Shown here: positions 35,996-40,000 of the stretch, one piece after another
Layout of the letters: every line of letters begins with the position of its first letter
Position numbering within the stretch: position 1 is the stretch's first letter
From: Bryobacteraceae bacterium
GTDB lineage: Bacteria > Acidobacteriota > Terriglobia > Bryobacterales > Bryobacteraceae
Length of the DNA: 40,000 nucleotides
Assembly (NCBI GenBank): GCA_025056455.1
Contig: JANWVY010000001.1
Coordinates: forward strand, 279,757-319,756
Direction: 5' to 3'
Translations under genes and position numbers: made by a program
Notes under the pieces: generated by a model
What the model saw: the letters and a program-made list of their open reading frames with translations, nothing else
Database searches by the model: none
Told to the model about the DNA's origin: nothing

Positions 35996-36776
35996 GGTGC
36001 TGCGAAAGGACTCTTTGGCGGACATCTCTCCCTACTGTTGGAATGCGGCGGGCGAGAGCAAGAGGGTAGGCCGAGATGAGGCTGGCCTTGAGACCTTGCT
36101 TTACGGGCAGAACACTCGGCCCCATGAAACTCAGCCCCGCGGCGAGCATCTCACCCTGTGCCTTGAAGCTCGCCGGGACGGGGATCCGACGCCAGAACCG
36201 GCGGTTGAGCCGGACCCAGGGCCCAGCTGGGAGGAATATCGCGCGCTAGAGACGAGGCTTCGCCAGCTCGAACGCGAAGCGCCCGCACGGGAGCAAGCGA
36301 TTCGCCTGGCGGCCCAGCAGGAAGCTGAGGCGGCGGCCGAATTGCGCTGGAAGCAACTGATGGAACGCGCCGCGCGGACGGTTGTGGAGTTGGCGGCGCT
36401 CCGGCCGAAGCTGCGCAAAGACGCTGAGGAGGACGTGGTGAAACTAAGCCTGGCCATGGCGCGCCGCATCCTCCGTCGGGAGTTGACCCTGGACCGCGGG
36501 GCGCTGCTTGGTTTGGTCAAGGCGGCTTTGGAACGGATTGAACTCCGGGAAATCCATCAGCTGCGCCTGCATCCGGACGATCTGCCGGTGGTGAAATCCT
36601 ATTTCGACCAGATCGGTAGCCCATATCGCATCGAAGTCCTGGCTGACCGGTCGCTCGAAAGGGGAGCCGTGCTGTTTGAAACGCAACGCGGCCTGTTGGA
36701 TGCTTCGGTTGAAACGCAGCTCGAGGAAATCGAACGGGGCTTTGCAGACTTGCTCGGAAAGAGAAATCAGGCATGA
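35985..36776 (+). CDS. fliH: flagellar assembly protein FliH
   Basis: Position between fliG and fliI, an Ala/Glu/Arg-rich coiled-coil centre, and a C-terminal FliH/YscL-like domain (LSLAMARRILRRELTLD...). Overlaps fliG by 11 nt. Confidence 0.8.
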   Translation: MSSKVLRKDSLADISPYCWNAAGESKRVGRDEAGLETLLYGQNTRPHETQPRGEHLTLCLEARRDGDPTPEPAVEPDPGPSWEEYRALETRLRQLEREAPAREQAIRLAAQQEAEAAAELRWKQLMERAARTVVELAALRPKLRKDAEEDVVKLSLAMARRILRRELTLDRGALLGLVKAALERIELREIHQLRLHPDDLPVVKSYFDQIGSPYRIEVLADRSLERGAVLFETQRGLLDASVETQLEEIERGFADLLGKRNQA

Positions 36777-38113
36777 CACCGGGTTCCGAACCCTTGGACA
36801 GACTTGAGCTCAGGCCATACTTTGAAGCAGTAGCCCGAGCCGAGCCTGCACGCTGGATCGGAACGGTCACTGCCTTGGTCGGCTTGCTGGTTGAATCTGC
36901 GGGACCTGCCGCCGCCCTGGGAGACTTTTGCGAAATCCTGACCAGCTCCGGCCGAAGGATTCGCGTTCAAGTGATTGGCTTTCGCAATGATCGTTTGCTG
37001 AGCATGCCGCTCGAAGAAACCGACGGTCTCCAGCTCGGCGACCGTGTGGTGGCGCGAGGCGCGGAAGCGAAGGTCGCTGTGGGAAACGGTCTGCTCGGCC
37101 GGGTGCTCGACGGTTTTGGCCGGCCGCTCGATGGCAAAGGACGGCTCGCGGCAGAAGCGTTCTACGATTTGTACCGGCCGCCCCCAGGGCCTCTGGAGCG
37201 TGTTCCAATTCGCCAGCCTCTCGTAACAGGCATTCGCGCCATCGATAGTCTTTTGCCTTGCGGAAAAGGGCAGAGGGTGGGTTTATTTGGCGGCTCCGGA
37301 GTGGGTAAAAGCACGCTGCTCGGCGCCATGTCCCGGCATCACTCGGCTCATGTGAGCGTCATTGCCTTGATTGGCGAACGGAACCGCGAGGTGCGCACGT
37401 TTATCGAACAAGAGCTAGGAGAGGAGGGCCTCTCGCGCGCGGTGGTGATTGTGGCCACTAGCGACCGGCCAGCGCCACTGCGCGTACGGGCCTGCTACCT
37501 TGCTCTAGCCGTTGCAGAGTATTTTCGCGATCAAGGAAAGGACGTGTTGCTGGTGATGGATTCGGTCACGCGGCTGGCCATGGCGCAGCGGGAAATTGGA
37601 CTCGCGGCAGGCGAGCCCCCAAGTCAAAAGGGTTACACCCCGTCGGTATTCAGTATTCTCCCGAAGATCTTCGAGCGGGCAGGTAACTTTGAAAAGGGTT
37701 CAATCACGGGCTTGTTCACTGTGCTGGTGGAAGGTGACGACTTCAATGAACCGATTTGTGACGCTGTGCGCGGCATCCTAGACGGGCACATTGTTCTCTC
37801 GCGGGAACTGGGAGCGGCTGGACACTACCCAGCCATCGACGTACTGCAAAGCGTCTCGCGTGTCGCTAGCCAAGTCTCTACCCCTGCACAGCGGGCCGCG
37901 GCTCAAAAAGTGCGCGAGGCCATGGCCGCCTATCATCGCGCTCAGGATCTGATCCTGCTCGGGGCATACGTCTCTGGGACAAACCCGAAGCTGGATGCCG
38001 CCATCCGCATTCGCAACGATCTGGAGCGTTTCTTAAAACAGGAGCCCCATATTAGGGCGGAGCGGGAGGAAACGTTAGCGGGTCTTGAGCGGCTGGCCAT
38101 GAGTTTGGGGTAA
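36773..38113 (+). CDS. fliI: flagellum-specific ATPase FliI
   Basis: Walker A GLFGGSGVGKSTLLG, Walker B VLLVMDSVTR and HYPAIDVLQSVSR. The ATG overlaps the fliH stop (ATGA). Confidence 0.92.
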   Translation: MTPGSEPLDRLELRPYFEAVARAEPARWIGTVTALVGLLVESAGPAAALGDFCEILTSSGRRIRVQVIGFRNDRLLSMPLEETDGLQLGDRVVARGAEAKVAVGNGLLGRVLDGFGRPLDGKGRLAAEAFYDLYRPPPGPLERVPIRQPLVTGIRAIDSLLPCGKGQRVGLFGGSGVGKSTLLGAMSRHHSAHVSVIALIGERNREVRTFIEQELGEEGLSRAVVIVATSDRPAPLRVRACYLALAVAEYFRDQGKDVLLVMDSVTRLAMAQREIGLAAGEPPSQKGYTPSVFSILPKIFERAGNFEKGSITGLFTVLVEGDDFNEPICDAVRGILDGHIVLSRELGAAGHYPAIDVLQSVSRVASQVSTPAQRAAAQKVREAMAAYHRAQDLILLGAYVSGTNPKLDAAIRIRNDLERFLKQEPHIRAEREETLAGLERLAMSLG

Positions 38114-38242
38114 TTCGAGCGGCTCCAACCAAGGCCCTGCCCACTAGCTCGGCAACGTGCCCTCGCTTCGGGTCCAAGCAGAAGCAGGGAACGGCTTCTG
38201 GTCCGGGAGGCCAGTTATCGGGAGCCAGGTGAGGAAACGGAA

Positions 38243-38683
38243 ATGAAGCGTTTTCGGTTTGAACTGGATCCGGCGCTGCGATGGCGAAAGCAGCGGCTAG
38301 ACCTGCACCAGGCGAAACTTCAACAACTGAACTGGGAGTTAGGAAGGGTCCGCGCCGCCAGCCAGCAACTTGCGTCAGACTATCAACAGGCGGAGGCCTT
38401 CACGCGGAGCCACTCTGAGATCAATGCCGCCGATCTTCAGGCTTTGGCGGCCTACCGGTACGCGATTGACGAACGCCAGCGCCAGCTCCGCCGCCAAGAG
38501 GCGCAACTGGTCGAGGACGTCGAACGCCAGCGGAGGCTCTGGATGGAAGAGGCGCGCCAGCTCCAGCTGCTCGAAAAACTTAAACAGCGCAAACGACAGG
38601 AATGGAGCCAGCAGCTCGCCCGGGAAATCGACCAACAAGCCTCAGAGGCCTACTTAGCGCAGTGGAAACGGGGAGAGCGCTAG
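38243..38683 (+). CDS. fliJ: flagellar export chaperone FliJ
   Basis: 146-aa coiled-coil protein, MKRFRFELDPALRWRKQRLD..., rich in Gln/Arg/Glu, positioned after fliI. GGTGAGGA SD upstream. Confidence 0.75.
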   Translation: MKRFRFELDPALRWRKQRLDLHQAKLQQLNWELGRVRAASQQLASDYQQAEAFTRSHSEINAADLQALAAYRYAIDERQRQLRRQEAQLVEDVERQRRLWMEEARQLQLLEKLKQRKRQEWSQQLAREIDQQASEAYLAQWKRGER

Positions 38684-38692
38684 CAGCGCAGG

Positions 38693-40000
38693 CTATCGCA
38701 GTCGCATGCTGGCGGTTAGGCGGCGGAGGCCATCGGTAAAAGCTCGGACCGACTTGCGCAGTTGTTGCCGCTGCCGGGCAACTTCATCCCATTGTTGATT
38801 ATCCAACGCCTCGCGGATGCCGGGAAGCGTTTGAACACCGTAGCCAGTATAGAGTCCAGGAGCGTGGAGCTGGTGGCGGTACCAGCTGCGTCCGGGGAGG
38901 CCGGATTCGGAGAGCCATTCGCGTTCTAGGCGGTAGATCGCCTGGTTCCAGGAACCTAAACGTTGAGAAGACTCCCGGCTGGCCCGTCGCACGAGCAGTT
39001 GAAATTCAGACTCGAAGGCCTTCGCAGCGGCGGTCAAACTTTGAACGTCAACCAGCAGTTCCTTCCAGGCGGCTTGGTGCGAGCTCGGGCCCGCCCCGCT
39101 TTTGGTCAATGCTGTCAGTTCCGCCTCCAGGGCTTGCGCAAGGGGCAGGAAATCAAAGGGGAGAACGGCGGCACCGGCCAGCCGCACCAGCAGCGTGGCG
39201 AGAAGCCCGCTCAGCGTCCGGCCCCAGCGAAAGTCGCCGTCAGAGAAACGAGAATACCAGGTGAAGGTGTCATAAGAAGAGTGATACACACCTCCGCCCT
39301 CGCTCCCAAATCCGAGGTTTAGGCTGGCGATGCCCGCATGGTGGAGAAATGCCACGTAATCCGAACCAGCCCCAAGTGCGCTTAACTTTCCAACAGAGGA
39401 AGTTTCGGAGCGTTTTCCCTGCCCCGCCGCCAGCAAAGGCAGACCCGTCTCCGGGTGTAACACGTCACGGAGCGCTTCCTGATAGAAAGACTCCAAGCTT
39501 TTGGATCCAGCCCCGAGGATGGGACCACGTCCGGTTGCATCTGTGTTGAGATAAGCCACCATCTTGCGGTCCAGCTCGTCACGATGTTTCTCCACCCATT
39601 CTGTGGAACCAATGAGTCCGAATTCTTCGGCGTCCCACAGGGCAAACATCAAGGTGCGTTTGGGGGTCCAGCCCGTTTTACGCAGCTCAGCCAAGCTCCT
39701 CGCAGTTTCCAACAGCACGGAGGCGCCGCTGGCTGGATCGTTCGCCCCGCGTACCCAAGCGTCGTGGTGGTTTCCGTAGAGGATCCACTGGTCGGGGTAG
39801 AGGCTGCCCGCCATGGTGGCAATGACGTTGTGCACCGGTCGCACGCTCCAATCGGACTCGGTTTTGACACGGACGCGAGCGGGTCCGGGTCCCAGGTGAT
39901 AGGTCAAGGCCAGAGCGCCACGCCAGGCCTCCGGCGCGACGGGACCTTTCAGTTGCTCCAACAGAGGCTGCGCCTCGCCGTAGGAAAGGGGAACGACAGG
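38693..40000 (-). CDS. M28-family metallopeptidase, glutamate carboxypeptidase II / NAALADase-like with TfR-type dimerisation domain (5' end beyond window)
   Basis: YGNHHDAWVRGANDPASGASVL, WDAEEFGLIGSTEWVEKH, GAGSDYVAFLHHAGIASL and HSSYDTF. The reading frame stays open upstream of the track's TTG (39961) to position 40000 (PVVPLSYGEAQPLLEQLKGP), matching the PA-domain/M28 junction of GCPII-like enzymes. Confidence 0.85.
   Translation of the reverse strand, partial: PVVPLSYGEAQPLLEQLKGPVAPEAWRGALALTYHLGPGPARVRVKTESDWSVRPVHNVIATMAGSLYPDQWILYGNHHDAWVRGANDPASGASVLLETARSLAELRKTGWTPKRTLMFALWDAEEFGLIGSTEWVEKHRDELDRKMVAYLNTDATGRGPILGAGSKSLESFYQEALRDVLHPETGLPLLAAGQGKRSETSSVGKLSALGAGSDYVAFLHHAGIASLNLGFGSEGGGVYHSSYDTFTWYSRFSDGDFRWGRTLSGLLATLLVRLAGAAVLPFDFLPLAQALEAELTALTKSGAGPSSHQAAWKELLVDVQSLTAAAKAFESEFQLLVRRASRESSQRLGSWNQAIYRLEREWLSESGLPGRSWYRHQLHAPGLYTGYGVQTLPGIREALDNQQWDEVARQRQQLRKSVRAFTDGLRRLTASMRLR

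Noticed and set aside
1-40000. Mobile element, prophage, genomic island or defence locus
   Set aside because: There is no integrase, transposase, recombinase, terminal inverted repeat, tRNA attachment site or recognisable defence gene. Composition and codon style look uniform by eye across the window.

Overview
GC-rich bacterial chromosomal segment, most consistent with an Acidobacteriota genome. The evidence for that is a TIGR03436-type 'acidobacterial VWFA' protein, a PTPS-III-like FolB bypass, and many TTG/GTG starts with weak Shine-Dalgarno (SD) sites. I can support about 37 protein genes plus RNase P RNA. From left to right the window holds: an edge-truncated secreted ADP-ribosylglycohydrolase (missing from the ORF track), glnE, a coupled hypothetical, a family III CoA-transferase and a phosphomannomutase. 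These are followed by a KdgD/DapA-family lyase, an APC amino-acid permease, a tiny Lys/Arg-rich ORF, UvrD/PcrA, a lipoprotein and a cytoplasmic molybdopterin oxidoreductase. Next come an atypical LexA-like S24 peptidase, a VWA protein, a ROK fructokinase, tgt, class II RNR nrdJ, a GlcD-like oxidase, TlpA and an unknown polytopic membrane protein. The right part holds two PTPS/QueD paralogs plus folE, coaD, an aspartate aminotransferase, a mannose-6-P isomerase, rnpB and a YkgJ-family Cys-cluster protein. It ends with an flgB-flgC-fliE-fliF-fliG-fliH-fliI-fliJ operon and an edge-truncated M28/GCPII-like peptidase. I saw no transposase, integrase, CRISPR array, tRNA or rRNA, and the region looks like core chromosome rather than an island. 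I did not find a clear multi-gene novel system. The items most worth a second look are these five: (1) the S24 autopeptidase with a non-HTH N-terminal domain, apparently co-transcribed with the VWA gene; (2) the ATGA-coupled PTPS pair, one lacking the catalytic Cys, next to folE; (3) a strictly 22-bp-periodic five-unit repeat array upstream of coaD; (4) a structured leader upstream of the Mo-enzyme gene; (5) features absent from the ORF track (left-edge CDS, rnpB, 50-aa basic ORF). All functional calls rest on motif recognition by eye; no database search was run.
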